This document shows positions 38,557 through 48,508 of a DNA stretch of 64,000 bases, one piece after another; within the stretch, counting starts at the first letter, position 1, and each line of letters begins with the position of its first letter. The DNA is from Bacteroidales bacterium (GTDB lineage Bacteria; Bacteroidota; Bacteroidia; Bacteroidales; UBA1556): the NCBI GenBank assembly GCA_029932765.1, contig JAOZPM010000001.1:34089-98088 (forward strand), given 5' to 3'. Position numbers and translations under genes: made by a program. The notes under the pieces are model-generated. The model was given only the letters and a program-made list of their open reading frames with translations, was not told the DNA's origin and searched no databases.

Positions 38557-40836
38557 ATGGATACTACAGAAGCAAAGAATGACAAAGTGGAGAATGAAAT
38601 TACAACTCCACAGGACACAACAACTGCAAAAGAAGCAGCTAAAGAAGAAACTAAAGCTACAGAAGTTGAAAAAACTACTATTAGCAATGATTCTAAAGTA
38701 GAAGAAATAATTGAAACTACAGAAGAAACTACTACCAAAAAGACTGAAAGTTCTGAAGAAGAAACTAAAGCTACGGAAGAAGAAGAAATTAAGGTAGATA
38801 AGCCAGAAGTAATTGAAGAGACTACTACTGAAGAGAATTCTAAGGTAGAAGAAAAACCTAAAGTTAAGGAAGATATTACTATCGAAGAGGCTGAAAATAC
38901 TGAGGAAGAAATTAAGGTGGATAAGCCAGAAGTAAATGAAGAGGCTACTACTGAAGATGGTTCTAATGTAGAAGAAGAAACTGAAACTATTGAAGAAACT
39001 ACTGTTGAAGAGCCTAAAAATTCAACTGAAGAAACTAGCATTGAAACTAGTAAGGCCAAAGAACATATAAATGATAAATCAGCCGTTAAAGACAATAACG
39101 TAACTAAAGTGGTTGATTATGAAAACCTCAGCATGGAAGAATTAGCAGCAGCTCTTACAGAGCTTGTTGGTACTGATAATATTGAAAGTATTAAAAGAGA
39201 TGTTGGTAGTATTAAGTCTAATTTCATAAAAAAAATAAAGCAAATAAAGCAAGACCATTACGACAAGCATATTAGTAATGGTGGCACTGATGATGATTAT
39301 AAAACTATAAAGTTTGATTATGAAGAAGTGTATCGCTCAGCATATAATATATATAAGGAGAAGCGCCGTATATATGTAGCTCAAATGGAACAAATGAAAG
39401 TAGAAAATCTTAAGAAAAAAAATGACCTTCTTGAGAATTTACGTAATATGATTAATTCAGACGAAAACCTTAATACTGTATATAAGGAATTTCAGAAACT
39501 GCAAGAAGAATGGAGAGAAATAGGTCTTGTAGCTCAAACTGAGGTTAAGAATCTTTGGGAAAATTATCACTTTTTAGTAGAGAAGTTCTTCGATAAAGTA
39601 AGGATTAACAAAGAGCTTATGATGATTGGATTAAACAAGAATCTTGAGCAAAAGATCATATTATGCGAGAAAGCAGAAGAGTTACTTCTTGAAAAATCTA
39701 TTAATAAATCTTTCCTAACTCTTCAAGAGTACCATACAAAATGGAAAGAAGTTGGGCCAGTTCCTAACGAAAAAAATGATGAAATTTGGGAAAGATTTAA
39801 GAATGCCTCAGACAAAGTAAACGAAAGAAGACAAGAGCATTATGAAGAAATGCATAAGGAGCAGCTTCAGAATTTAGAACTCAAGACTTTTCTTTGCGAA
39901 AAGATAGAAGCTATGGTAGAAGTTCTTCCTGACGATATTAAAAATTGGAATAATGTAACTGATAGTATTAACGAAATATTTGCAAATTGGAAAAAACTTG
40001 GTCCTACGCCTAAAAAACAGAATGATGAAATTTGGATACGTTTTAAAAAATCAATGAATCTATTTTTTAATGAAAAGAAAGCCTTTTTCGGAAGTCTTAA
40101 AGACGAACAAATGAATAACTATCAACTTAAGCAAAACTTGGTAGAGCAGGCAAACACTATTAAGAATAGCGACGATTGGAAAAATGCTACTCAAAGTCTA
40201 ATTAACCTTCAAAAGAAATGGAAAACCATTGGCCCTACTCCTAGAAAATATTCTAATGATATTTGGAAGGAGTTTAGAGCTGCTTGCGATCATTTCTTCA
40301 ATACAAAGGATGAATTTTTCAAGAATATAAATGCTTCGGAAAAGGAAAATAAAGCATTAAAACTTGAACTTATTAAGAAATTTGAGAATCAAGAATTTAC
40401 TGATGATAGTAAAGCTAGCTTAGAAATAATTAAGAATTATCAACGCGACTGGATAAATGTTGGAAGGGTTCCAATAAAGGATAAGAATAGTTTACAAGCT
40501 AAATTCCAGGAGGTTGTAGAAAAACACCTAAGTAATTTAAACATTGATAGATTTGAATTTCAGAATGCTACATTTAAAACTAAACTTGATGGAGCTGAAA
40601 ACCCAAAAGATGCGGAACAAATGATTCAAAAAGAGATCAACTTCATTAAAGGAAAAGTTGACACAATAGTTAAGGATGTAACTTTATGGGAAAATAATAT
40701 GACTTTCTTTAATAACTCTAAGAATGCTGACTTATTAAAAGCTGATTTTGAGAAAAAGATTGTTAAAGCGAAGAATGATATAAAATCTTTTAAAGCAAAA
40801 CTTCGTCAATTTGATAAAATGAAACGTAATTTATAA
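38557..40836 (+). CDS. DUF349 repeat protein with acidic T/E-rich N-terminal region
   Basis: The ORF track starts at a TTG (38554) and an ATG follows directly at 38557. The protein has multiple W(K/R)..G(P)(V/T)P.....D.(I/L)W..F modules characteristic of DUF349. Confidence 0.75.
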   Translation: MDTTEAKNDKVENEITTPQDTTTAKEAAKEETKATEVEKTTISNDSKVEEIIETTEETTTKKTESSEEETKATEEEEIKVDKPEVIEETTTEENSKVEEKPKVKEDITIEEAENTEEEIKVDKPEVNEEATTEDGSNVEEETETIEETTVEEPKNSTEETSIETSKAKEHINDKSAVKDNNVTKVVDYENLSMEELAAALTELVGTDNIESIKRDVGSIKSNFIKKIKQIKQDHYDKHISNGGTDDDYKTIKFDYEEVYRSAYNIYKEKRRIYVAQMEQMKVENLKKKNDLLENLRNMINSDENLNTVYKEFQKLQEEWREIGLVAQTEVKNLWENYHFLVEKFFDKVRINKELMMIGLNKNLEQKIILCEKAEELLLEKSINKSFLTLQEYHTKWKEVGPVPNEKNDEIWERFKNASDKVNERRQEHYEEMHKEQLQNLELKTFLCEKIEAMVEVLPDDIKNWNNVTDSINEIFANWKKLGPTPKKQNDEIWIRFKKSMNLFFNEKKAFFGSLKDEQMNNYQLKQNLVEQANTIKNSDDWKNATQSLINLQKKWKTIGPTPRKYSNDIWKEFRAACDHFFNTKDEFFKNINASEKENKALKLELIKKFENQEFTDDSKASLEIIKNYQRDWINVGRVPIKDKNSLQAKFQEVVEKHLSNLNIDRFEFQNATFKTKLDGAENPKDAEQMIQKEINFIKGKVDTIVKDVTLWENNMTFFNNSKNADLLKADFEKKIVKAKNDIKSFKAKLRQFDKMKRNL
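38782..38976 (+). repeat. In-frame 123-bp (41-codon) near-duplication in the acidic N-terminus of the DUF349 gene
   Basis: gaagaaattaaggt(a/g)gataagccagaagtaa... occurs at 38782 and again at 38905. It encodes EEIKVDKPEV(I/N)EE(T/A)TTE(E/D)(N/G)S(K/N)VEE twice. Confidence 0.6.
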
Positions 40837-40855
40837 GCTATAAATTAATAATAAT

Positions 40856-40885
40856 AAAAAAAGGAGCTAATTAGCTCCTTTTTTA
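40856..40885. terminator. Bidirectional intrinsic terminator (perfect 20-nt palindrome aaggagctaattagctcctt)
   Basis: Palindrome at 40861-40880, flanked by an A-run and a T-run. It lies between the convergent DUF349 and folA genes. Confidence 0.7.
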
Positions 40886-40904
40886 TTATCTGATAGAATC
40901 AGAT

Positions 40905-41396
40905 TTATTTTCTCTCATAAATTTCATAAGTAAAAGCAAAGCTCCCTTCCTTTTCTGGCTCCATATCAGTTTTTTCTACTAATTTCCATATCTCTAAATC
41001 AATATCAGGAAAAAATGTATCAGCATCAAAATCTTGATGAACACGAGTTATATAAAGCTTATTAGCAACGGTCATAAACTGCTTATAAATAGAACCACCA
41101 CCCATAATAAAGTTCTCCTGAGAGGCATCCATCATTTCTATCGATTCCTCAATGGAATATGCCATTTCGCAACCTTCAATCTTTTCATCAGCCACATCAG
41201 TAAGTACTATATTCCTACGCTTTGGCAGGGGGCGAAAAGGTAAAGAAAAGAATGTGTTTTTTCCCATAACCACAGGATGACCTGATGTTATTCTTTTAAA
41301 TCGCTTTAGGTCGTCAGAAATATGCCATAAAAGATTATTATCTTTTCCTATTGCATAATTTGATGCTATTGCTACTATTATCGATATTGGTTTCAT
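40905..41396 (-). CDS. folA: Dihydrofolate reductase
   Basis: The ORF track starts at 41447. I prefer the ATG at 41396 (MKPISIIVAIASNYAIGKDNNLLWH...), which matches the canonical DHFR N-terminus. GKNTF and GGGSIY motifs are present. Confidence 0.85.
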   Translation of the reverse strand: MKPISIIVAIASNYAIGKDNNLLWHISDDLKRFKRITSGHPVVMGKNTFFSLPFRPLPKRRNIVLTDVADEKIEGCEMAYSIEESIEMMDASQENFIMGGGSIYKQFMTVANKLYITRVHQDFDADTFFPDIDLEIWKLVEKTDMEPEKEGSFAFTYEIYERK

Positions 41397-41485
41397 TGCT
41401 GTGTTATTACGCTTGCCCAAAAATATCAATTTCATTGTTGTCCGCAAACTTGATAATTTTTTGCCTAAGCTGATTAAAAGCTATA

Positions 41486-41510
41486 TTAATTCTTAATTCC
41501 TAATTCCCTC
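41486..41510 (-). repeat. 7-bp-periodic repeat immediately after the thyA stop (minus strand GAGGGAA TTAGGAA TTAAGAA TTAA)
   Basis: Plus strand reads ttaattcttaattcctaattccctc, directly adjacent to the thyA stop at 41511-41513. It has the same ATTAAGAA core as the other stop-adjacent repeats. Confidence 0.35.
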
Positions 41511-42305
41511 TTATATCGAAATAGCTCCTTTAATATGTGGATGCGACTCATACCCTTCTAATTTAAAATCCTCAAATTTAAAATCAAAGATATTCTTTAC
41601 ATCAGGATTAATTTTCAATATTGGGAGTTTATACGGCTCACGAGAAATCTGTAATTTTGATTGTTCAATATGATTTGTATAGATATGAGCATCGCCTAAA
41701 GTATGAACAAAAGTACCAGGCTTAAGACCTGTAACCTGAGCCACCATTTGCAATAATAAAGCATAAGAAGCTATATTGAAAGGTACGCCAAGAAAAATAT
41801 CAGCACTACGCTGATACAACTGACAACTTAGTTTTCCGTCGGCAACATAAAATTGAAATAAAATATGACATGGAGGCAAATTCATATCATCAATAGCACC
41901 AACATTCCATGCACTTACTATATGTCTTCGTGAGTTAGGATTATTCTTTATACTTTCAATAACATTTGTAATCTGATCGATATTACCACCTTCATAATCA
42001 GGCCATGAGCGCCACTGATAACCATAAATAGGTCCTAGTTCACCATCATCATCAGCCCATTCATTCCATATCTTTACACCATTTTCTTGTAAATACTTTA
42101 CATTAGTACTACCTTTCAAAAACCAAAGCAATTCATATATTATAGATTTCAAATGGAGTTTCTTAGTAGTTAAAACAGGAAATCCATCCGCTAAATTAAA
42201 TCGCATTTGGTATCCAAAAGTGCTTATTGTTCCTGTTCCTGTTCTATCTTCTTTTTTTACACCATTTTTTACAACATGGTCTAATAATTCAATATATTGC
42301 TTCAT
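41511..42305 (-). CDS. thyA: Thymidylate synthase
   Basis: 264 aa. Highly conserved ThyA sequence (DRTGTGT, PPCH..FQFYV, DAHIY). Confidence 0.95.
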   Translation of the reverse strand: MKQYIELLDHVVKNGVKKEDRTGTGTISTFGYQMRFNLADGFPVLTTKKLHLKSIIYELLWFLKGSTNVKYLQENGVKIWNEWADDDGELGPIYGYQWRSWPDYEGGNIDQITNVIESIKNNPNSRRHIVSAWNVGAIDDMNLPPCHILFQFYVADGKLSCQLYQRSADIFLGVPFNIASYALLLQMVAQVTGLKPGTFVHTLGDAHIYTNHIEQSKLQISREPYKLPILKINPDVKNIFDFKFEDFKLEGYESHPHIKGAISI

Positions 42306-42334
42306 TATTATATTTTGTTTCTAATTTTTTAGTA

Positions 42335-43582
42335 TTAAATTTTATCTAATTCTTCTGGCTTATGCTCATGCTTGAATACCAATGCAAAAGCAATAGCTAT
42401 TACCAACGAATATGCTGCAAAAGTAAACCATATTTCTTCCCACATAAGGTGTCCTTGTGCACTAGTAAAATATTCATCAATTAACATTCCACTTGCCCAA
42501 CTTCCAAATATAGCTCCAAAACCATTGGTCATCATCATAAATAACCCTTGAGCACTTGCCCTTATTGAAGAGTCTGTTTGACTTTCTACAAATAGTGAGC
42601 CCGAAATATTGAAAAAATCAAAGGCCATTCCGTAAATTATGTTAGATGCTATAATCAAGACCAAACCTTCGGCAGGATTTCCAATACCAAATAATGCGAA
42701 TCTTAAAACCCAAGCAACCATACTCATTAGCATTACTTTCTTAATTCCAAATCTTTTTAGAAAGAAAGGTATTGCTAGTATAAATAATGTTTCTGATATT
42801 TGCGATATAGACATTACAATAGCTGGATATTCTATTACCAATAAATCTTTATACTCAGGTATTTTTGCAAAATCATGTAAGAATGTATCTCCATACATAT
42901 TTGTTAATTGCAATGACGCACCCAACAGCATTGAAAAGATAAAGAACATTGCCATTTTAGAATTCTTAAATAACTTAAAAGCATTTAAACCCAATACATC
43001 AATAAAAGACTTGCTCTGAGGATTGGGATTTACATCACATTTAGGCAATGTAAAAGCATATAAACCAAGCAATACCGAAGCTGCTGATGCTACATAAAAC
43101 TGAGCAGCAGAAGTTTCTATTTTGAGAAGGCTCACTGTCCACATAGCTACAATAAAACCTATAGTACCATAAACTCTAATTGGTGGATATTTTGTAACAA
43201 TATCCATATTTGCTTTATTAAGCGATGAATATGCTACAGTTATAGATAATGATATTGTAGGCATATAGAATATCATATTTAGCATCATTACCCAGAAAAA
43301 AGCTGTTGGAGAATCAACATTTGGAAGATAAAACAACATTGCTGCTCCAAACAAATGAAATATTCCAAGAAGTTTTTCTGCATTAATCCACCTATCGGCA
43401 ATAATACCTGATATTGCAGGCATAAATAATGATGCAATACCCATGGTAGAAAATATAGCACCAAACTCAGCACCAGACCATGATTTATTTTGAAACCAGA
43501 AACTACCAACGGTAATTAGCCATGCTCCCCAGATAAAAAACTGGAGGAAATTCATTATTATTAATCGTAATTTTAAACTCAT
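42335..43582 (-). CDS. MFS nucleoside permease (NupG/XapB-like nucleoside:H+ symporter)
   Basis: 415 aa with about 12 TMs. The N-terminus LRLIIMNFLQFFIWGAWLIT is typical of this family, and the gene sits in a context with thyA and folA. Confidence 0.7.
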   Translation of the reverse strand: MSLKLRLIIMNFLQFFIWGAWLITVGSFWFQNKSWSGAEFGAIFSTMGIASLFMPAISGIIADRWINAEKLLGIFHLFGAAMLFYLPNVDSPTAFFWVMMLNMIFYMPTISLSITVAYSSLNKANMDIVTKYPPIRVYGTIGFIVAMWTVSLLKIETSAAQFYVASAASVLLGLYAFTLPKCDVNPNPQSKSFIDVLGLNAFKLFKNSKMAMFFIFSMLLGASLQLTNMYGDTFLHDFAKIPEYKDLLVIEYPAIVMSISQISETLFILAIPFFLKRFGIKKVMLMSMVAWVLRFALFGIGNPAEGLVLIIASNIIYGMAFDFFNISGSLFVESQTDSSIRASAQGLFMMMTNGFGAIFGSWASGMLIDEYFTSAQGHLMWEEIWFTFAAYSLVIAIAFALVFKHEHKPEELDKI

Positions 43583-43587
43583 AAAAT

Positions 43588-44157
43588 TTATTCTTTTTTT
43601 CTTAAATTAATCTCATCTCTAACTCTTGAGGCTTCCTCATAATTCTCTTCTTCAATAAGTTTGACTAAATAAGCTTCAAGTTCTGCCAATGTTAGTTCAA
43701 TTTCATCATCACCTTCTTCTACATTAGTAGGTGCATCTTCATAATCAGCATCAGAAGTCATCGCTGTTTCGATAATAACTATATCTTCTGCATAAATAGG
43801 TACTTTAAATCTAACTGCCAAAGCAACAGCATCAGAGGTACGAGAGTCTATCTCTACCCTAGTTTTACCGTCATTTAATAATAAGTATGAATAGAATACA
43901 CCTTCGCTAAATTTACTTATGCATACCTCTACTAATGCGATATTATAATTATCTAGCATGTTTTTAATCAAATCATGAGTCAATGGCCTACTAGGCGACA
44001 TACCCTCCAATTCAAGAGCTATTGATTGAGCTTCTGAAGGTCCAATGATAATAGGAATTCGCTGATTTGTAGCCTCTACCTCAAGTATTAATGCAAATGA
44101 ATTTGATTGCAGATTACTTGATGAAATACCTATTATTTTAAGTAATTGTTTCGACAT
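43588..44157 (-). CDS. Bifunctional nuclease family protein with C-terminal UVR motif
   Basis: 189 aa. RIPIIIGPSEAQSIALELEG...RPLTHDL core, with a C-terminal EENYEEASRVRDEI (UvrB/C-like) motif. Confidence 0.7.
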   Translation of the reverse strand: MSKQLLKIIGISSSNLQSNSFALILEVEATNQRIPIIIGPSEAQSIALELEGMSPSRPLTHDLIKNMLDNYNIALVEVCISKFSEGVFYSYLLLNDGKTRVEIDSRTSDAVALAVRFKVPIYAEDIVIIETAMTSDADYEDAPTNVEEGDDEIELTLAELEAYLVKLIEEENYEEASRVRDEINLRKKE

Positions 44158-44373
44158 AAAAAATTAATACTTATTTATTATTAAAGCCGCGTAAAATTAC
44201 AAAAAAAACAATGTTAAAATAAATGAATTTTCCCTCAATAATAAAATTTATATTACCGACAAGGCAGGAATAAATAAGAATGTTAATATAATGAGTTTTA
44301 CTTATCAGAAAATGAAATTATAAAAACAGTTATTGACACATTATTTCTAATTTAGATATTGAATAAATAAGCA

Positions 44374-44381
44374 TACTTTTG
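44374..44381 (+). promoter_or_regulatory. -7 box TACTTTTG upstream of the M49 peptidase gene
   Basis: Exact TAnnTTTG, 19 nt upstream of the ATG at 44401. Confidence 0.4.
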
Positions 44382-44400
44382 CCCGCAAACTAATAAAATA

Positions 44401-46323
44401 ATGAACGACTTTAAATACCAAACTGAGCAATTCGGTGATATACGCATATTGCGTTATCAAGTTCCTAATTTTGAGAACCTTGACTTAACAAAAAAGAGGC
44501 AACTTTTCTATCTGCACCAGGCTGCACTTTGGGGTAGAGATATTATCTACGACCAAAATTACAAGCATAATCTTGCAATTAGAAATACACTTGAAGCTAT
44601 TCTTAAGACTTATGCCGGAGATAGAGAAACTACCGATTTTAGTAGTTTTGTTGTATATCTAAAGAAAGTATGGTTTAGCAACGGTATTCATCACCATTAT
44701 TCAATGGATAAGTTTTATCCTGATTTTAGTAGTAAATATTGGGACCAACTTATCAATAATTCTAGTAATCTACCAAATATTGAAATAGATATTAAAGAGA
44801 TTATTTTTAGTAATACTATTGACATTAAAAGAGTTAGCCTAGACGATGGTGTTGATTTATTAGAAGCATCAGCAAATAATTATTATGAAGGAGTAAGTCA
44901 GGCCGAAGCTGAAGAGTTTTACTCAAATATGGCTAAAAATGCAAGTTCGGAGCCAATAAGCTATGGCATGAACTCAAAGCTAATAAAAGAAAATGGCAAA
45001 ATAAAAGAGCTCATCTGGAAAGTTGGAGGAATGTATTCTCCACAAATTGAAAAAATGGTTTATTGGCTTAAGAAAGCCCAACAGCATTGTGAAACTAAAA
45101 TTCAAGAGAAGGCTTTTGGAAAACTAATTGAATATTATGAAACTGGAGACTTAGCAAAATTTGATGAATATAGCATACTATGGCTTAACGATACTGAATC
45201 TACAGTAGATGCAGTGCATGGTTTTATAGAGGTATATGGCGATTCATTGGGTAAGAAAGCAAGTTTTGAGAGCGTTGTATCAATAAGAGACATCGAAGCT
45301 AGTAAAAGAGCTAAAACTATTTCGGATAATGCGCAATGGTTTGAAGACAACAGTAGTACAAGCAAAAAATATAAGAAGGAGAAAATTAAAGGCGTTAGCG
45401 CTAAAGCCATAAATGTAGTTATAGAGTCAGGCGATTGCAGCCCATCTACACCTATTGGAATAAACTTACCTAATGCAGAATGGATTCGTGAAAAACATGG
45501 CTCAAAATCTGTTAGCATAAGCAATATTTTGGAAGCCTACGATAAAGCATCAAAAGACTCTGGGGCTTTACAGGAGTTCGCATATAGTGAAGATGAAGTT
45601 GAACTTTCTAAAAAATGGAGTAATCAAGCCTCTGCCCTTCATGTGGATCTACATGAGATAATAGGTCATGGCTCAGGCAAAATGGCTACTGGAGTTGGTG
45701 ATCCATCTGATACACTTAAGAATTACGCTTCTACTCTTGAAGAGGCTCGTGCCGACTTAGTAGCCTTATATTTTGCTACCGATACAAAGTTAGAGGAACT
45801 TGGATTGCAAAGTTCGCATATGGTAGGCATTACAGAATATAATGGATATATACGCGGCGGATTGATGACTCAGTTGGTAAGAATTGAGCTTGGTAAAAAT
45901 GTTGAAGAATCGCATATGCGTAATAGACAACTTATTGCAAAGTGGGTTTTTGAGAAAGGAAAAGATGATAATATTATTGAAAGAAAAACTAAAGATAATA
46001 AGACCTATTTTATTGTAAATGACCATAATAAGCTTCGTGAATTATTTGGTCAGTTATTAGCAGAAGTCCAAAGAATAAAATCAGAAGGTGATTATAATGC
46101 TGGTAAAAATCTAGTAGAAAATTATGGGGTAAAAATTAATTACGACCTCCATAAGGAAGTACTTGAAAGATGGAATAAACTAAATATTGCACCATACTCT
46201 GGATTTATACAACCACAATTAGAAGCCATATATTCTAACGATATTATTAGCGATGTAAAAATTAGTTATCCCGATAATTTTGGTAAACAGATGCTTTGGT
46301 ATAAGGAAAACTTTTCGAGTTAA
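44401..46323 (+). CDS. Peptidase family M49 (dipeptidyl-peptidase III-like) zinc metallopeptidase
   Basis: 640 aa. HEIIGHGSG matches the HExxGH-type M49 motif, and the second motif EEARADL matches EExR(A/K)(E/D). Confidence 0.75.
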   Translation: MNDFKYQTEQFGDIRILRYQVPNFENLDLTKKRQLFYLHQAALWGRDIIYDQNYKHNLAIRNTLEAILKTYAGDRETTDFSSFVVYLKKVWFSNGIHHHYSMDKFYPDFSSKYWDQLINNSSNLPNIEIDIKEIIFSNTIDIKRVSLDDGVDLLEASANNYYEGVSQAEAEEFYSNMAKNASSEPISYGMNSKLIKENGKIKELIWKVGGMYSPQIEKMVYWLKKAQQHCETKIQEKAFGKLIEYYETGDLAKFDEYSILWLNDTESTVDAVHGFIEVYGDSLGKKASFESVVSIRDIEASKRAKTISDNAQWFEDNSSTSKKYKKEKIKGVSAKAINVVIESGDCSPSTPIGINLPNAEWIREKHGSKSVSISNILEAYDKASKDSGALQEFAYSEDEVELSKKWSNQASALHVDLHEIIGHGSGKMATGVGDPSDTLKNYASTLEEARADLVALYFATDTKLEELGLQSSHMVGITEYNGYIRGGLMTQLVRIELGKNVEESHMRNRQLIAKWVFEKGKDDNIIERKTKDNKTYFIVNDHNKLRELFGQLLAEVQRIKSEGDYNAGKNLVENYGVKINYDLHKEVLERWNKLNIAPYSGFIQPQLEAIYSNDIISDVKISYPDNFGKQMLWYKENFSS

Positions 46324-46452
46324 GAGTTGAGATTTAAGAGTTAAGATTTAAGAGTTAAGAGTTGAGATTTAAGAGTTAAGAGTTGAGATTTAAGAGTTAA
46401 GAGTTGAGATTTAAGAGTGAGAGTTAAGATTTAAGAGTTAAGAGTGTAGAAT
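46321..46452 (+). repeat. Tandem array of ~18 seven-bp units (TAAGAGT / TGAGATT / TAAGATT) with a 21-bp higher-order unit repeated exactly 3x (46349-46411)
   Basis: Parsed unit by unit from the sequence. The first unit is the TAA stop of the M49 gene, and one unit (46419-46424) is 6 nt long. Confidence 0.9.
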
Positions 46453-46493
46453 AATTAATACTAATTTAATAAATTCACATTCTTAATTCTCCT

Positions 46494-47594
46494 TTATTCT
46501 CCCTTAAGCAAAGTTGCAAAATCAGTACCAATTGAGATTGTATTTGTACCTCCTGCAAGATGATAATTAGCTCTAGTATACGAAATCTTGAATTTATAAA
46601 CCTTTATACCAAAGCCAAAAGAAAAGCCCACAAGGCCAGTTTTACTGTATATTTTCATTTCTCGTTGGCGGCGATAATTATAACCCACTCGCACCATAAA
46701 GTTTCCTTTACCAGGCACAAACTCCACTCCCATTGCTAAATGACGCATAGCATTATCGCCAAAAGTAGCATACTTATTCTCTTCTTCTTTTTCTCCAGTA
46801 AAAGGATCAATACCTTCTTTAGAATCAGGATTTTCGTATTTCAGACTCCATTTATGCATATTATTTATTAAGAAAACTAGCCTAATTGGTGCATGCTCAA
46901 ACTTCTTTGCAACACCAAGTTGTATATCAAAAGGTAGGGATTCTCTTTCTAAACCAGTATAAGTAGATATCTGCCTTCCCATATTCTTAAAAATTAGTGA
47001 ACTAGAGAATTGGCTCTCAGTATCAAAATATGTAAGTGCAACATCTGCAGCTATTCCGTATGATTTATACTCTTCCAAGGATGAAAATATATTCTTAATA
47101 TTGGCACCAATAACAAGCTTATCAGAAAGCGGTTTAGACCAACCAATAATAAAAGCAAAATCTGAAGCATTAAACTCACCAATGATTTGCCCCTCGGTAT
47201 TAGTTTGATCAAATTTGCCATAGCTAGCAAACTGCATACTAGCAACGAAAGTCCCTACTTTATCAAAATTATATGCATAACTAACTATTCCTGAATTAAT
47301 ATCAGCAATAAAATCTATATAATCAATGGAGATATTATTATGCATTTCAGCATTAATAAGCGATGGGTTTGAATATGCTAATGAGATATCATTATCATAT
47401 ATTGGCAAAAAATTGGATCCTAAAGCTGTAATTCTTGACGAATTTGTTGCATTCAAAAAATTGTAAACAGAATTACCAGCCTGCTGACCAAATGAATAAC
47501 TACTTGAATATATAATAGTTAATGCTATTAATACTATCCTTATTTGATGCTTATTTCCCAATTTTATATTCTTAATTTTATTATTATAAAACAC
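46494..47594 (-). CDS. T9SS-associated outer-membrane beta-barrel, PorQ-like
   Basis: 366 aa with a GTG start and a signal peptide. NSVYNFLNATNSSRITALGSNF resembles the conserved N-terminal motif of PorQ/PorV-type barrels. The assignment is by eye. Confidence 0.5.
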   Translation of the reverse strand: MFYNNKIKNIKLGNKHQIRIVLIALTIIYSSSYSFGQQAGNSVYNFLNATNSSRITALGSNFLPIYDNDISLAYSNPSLINAEMHNNISIDYIDFIADINSGIVSYAYNFDKVGTFVASMQFASYGKFDQTNTEGQIIGEFNASDFAFIIGWSKPLSDKLVIGANIKNIFSSLEEYKSYGIAADVALTYFDTESQFSSSLIFKNMGRQISTYTGLERESLPFDIQLGVAKKFEHAPIRLVFLINNMHKWSLKYENPDSKEGIDPFTGEKEEENKYATFGDNAMRHLAMGVEFVPGKGNFMVRVGYNYRRQREMKIYSKTGLVGFSFGFGIKVYKFKISYTRANYHLAGGTNTISIGTDFATLLKGE

Positions 47595-47683
47595 AAACGC
47601 AAATTAACATTTTTTATTACATTCTTTAACAATAATCATATGATTTATTATAATTTATCATACATTTAAGATATCAAAAGAAC

Positions 47684-47691
47684 TACATTTG
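47684..47691 (+). promoter_or_regulatory. -7 box TACATTTG 4 nt before the lgt ATG (leaderless-type)
   Basis: Exact TAnnTTTG. The ATG is at 47696. Confidence 0.35.
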
Positions 47692-47695
47692 CAAT

Positions 47696-48508
47696 ATGTG
47701 GATATTACAATCAATTGAGTGGACGATTTCTCCGGAATTATTTAGCATAGGGTTTATACATATTAGGTATTATGGACTATTATTTGCTATTGGTTTTATG
47801 ACAGGATTTTATATTATTCAAAAATATTATAAAGATGCTGGACAAGACCCTCTAGAAGTTGATAATTTTCTTATATATACTATTTTAGGTGGAATAATTG
47901 GTGCTCGCTTGGGACATATGCTATTCTACGAGTTTGATTATTATATGGCCTATCCTTCTGAAATTCTGAAGGTTTGGCATGGTGGACTTGCTAGTCATGG
48001 TGGAGTTGCTGGTGTATTATTTTCTACATACTTATTTTCCAGGAAATACAAAAAACCTTATCTATGGATAACCGACAGACTTGCTATGCCTGCGGCTTTT
48101 ATTGGTGGACTTATTAGACTTGGAAACCTTATGAATAGTGAGATATATGGTCCTGAAACAGATATGCCTTGGGGCTTTATATTTAGAATTAATGGCGAAG
48201 TGGTTGCCAAACACCCTACTCAACTATATGAGGCTTTTACTTATTTTGCAATAGCTATTTTTATATGGTTTGCTTATAAAAAAGAGAATGGAAAGATCCA
48301 TTTTGGGAAACTTACTGGCTACTTTTTATCTCTAGTTTTTATTGCAAGATTTTTTATAGAATTCATAAAGAACAATCAAACAGCATTTGAAGAAAATATG
48401 CTATTAAATGTAGGTCAACTACTTAGTATTCCAATTATTGCAGTTGGTATATACTTAATTATATCTTCTAAAAATAGACCTAATTCACTCAAAGATACTC
48501 ATGAATAG
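47696..48508 (+). CDS. lgt: Prolipoprotein diacylglyceryl transferase
   Basis: 270 aa. Motifs IRYYGLLFAIGF, GGIIGARLGH, WHGGLASHGG and HPTQLYE. Confidence 0.9.
   Translation: MWILQSIEWTISPELFSIGFIHIRYYGLLFAIGFMTGFYIIQKYYKDAGQDPLEVDNFLIYTILGGIIGARLGHMLFYEFDYYMAYPSEILKVWHGGLASHGGVAGVLFSTYLFSRKYKKPYLWITDRLAMPAAFIGGLIRLGNLMNSEIYGPETDMPWGFIFRINGEVVAKHPTQLYEAFTYFAIAIFIWFAYKKENGKIHFGKLTGYFLSLVFIARFFIEFIKNNQTAFEENMLLNVGQLLSIPIIAVGIYLIISSKNRPNSLKDTHE

Noticed and set aside
38544-39095. 183-aa Ser/Val-rich minus-strand ORF
   Set aside because: It is the antisense mirror of the GAA/ACT-rich acidic head of the DUF349 gene, so it is a compositional artefact.
41397-41447. 17-codon N-terminal extension of folA (MRTTMKLIFLGKRNNTA)
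   Set aside because: The canonical DHFR N-terminus begins at MKPISIIVA (ATG at 41396). The extension has no counterpart in the family.
46321-46452. The tandem repeat as a possible CRISPR array
   Set aside because: The units are 7 bp with no unique spacers, and there are no cas genes in the window. This is a micro/minisatellite-type array, not a CRISPR.
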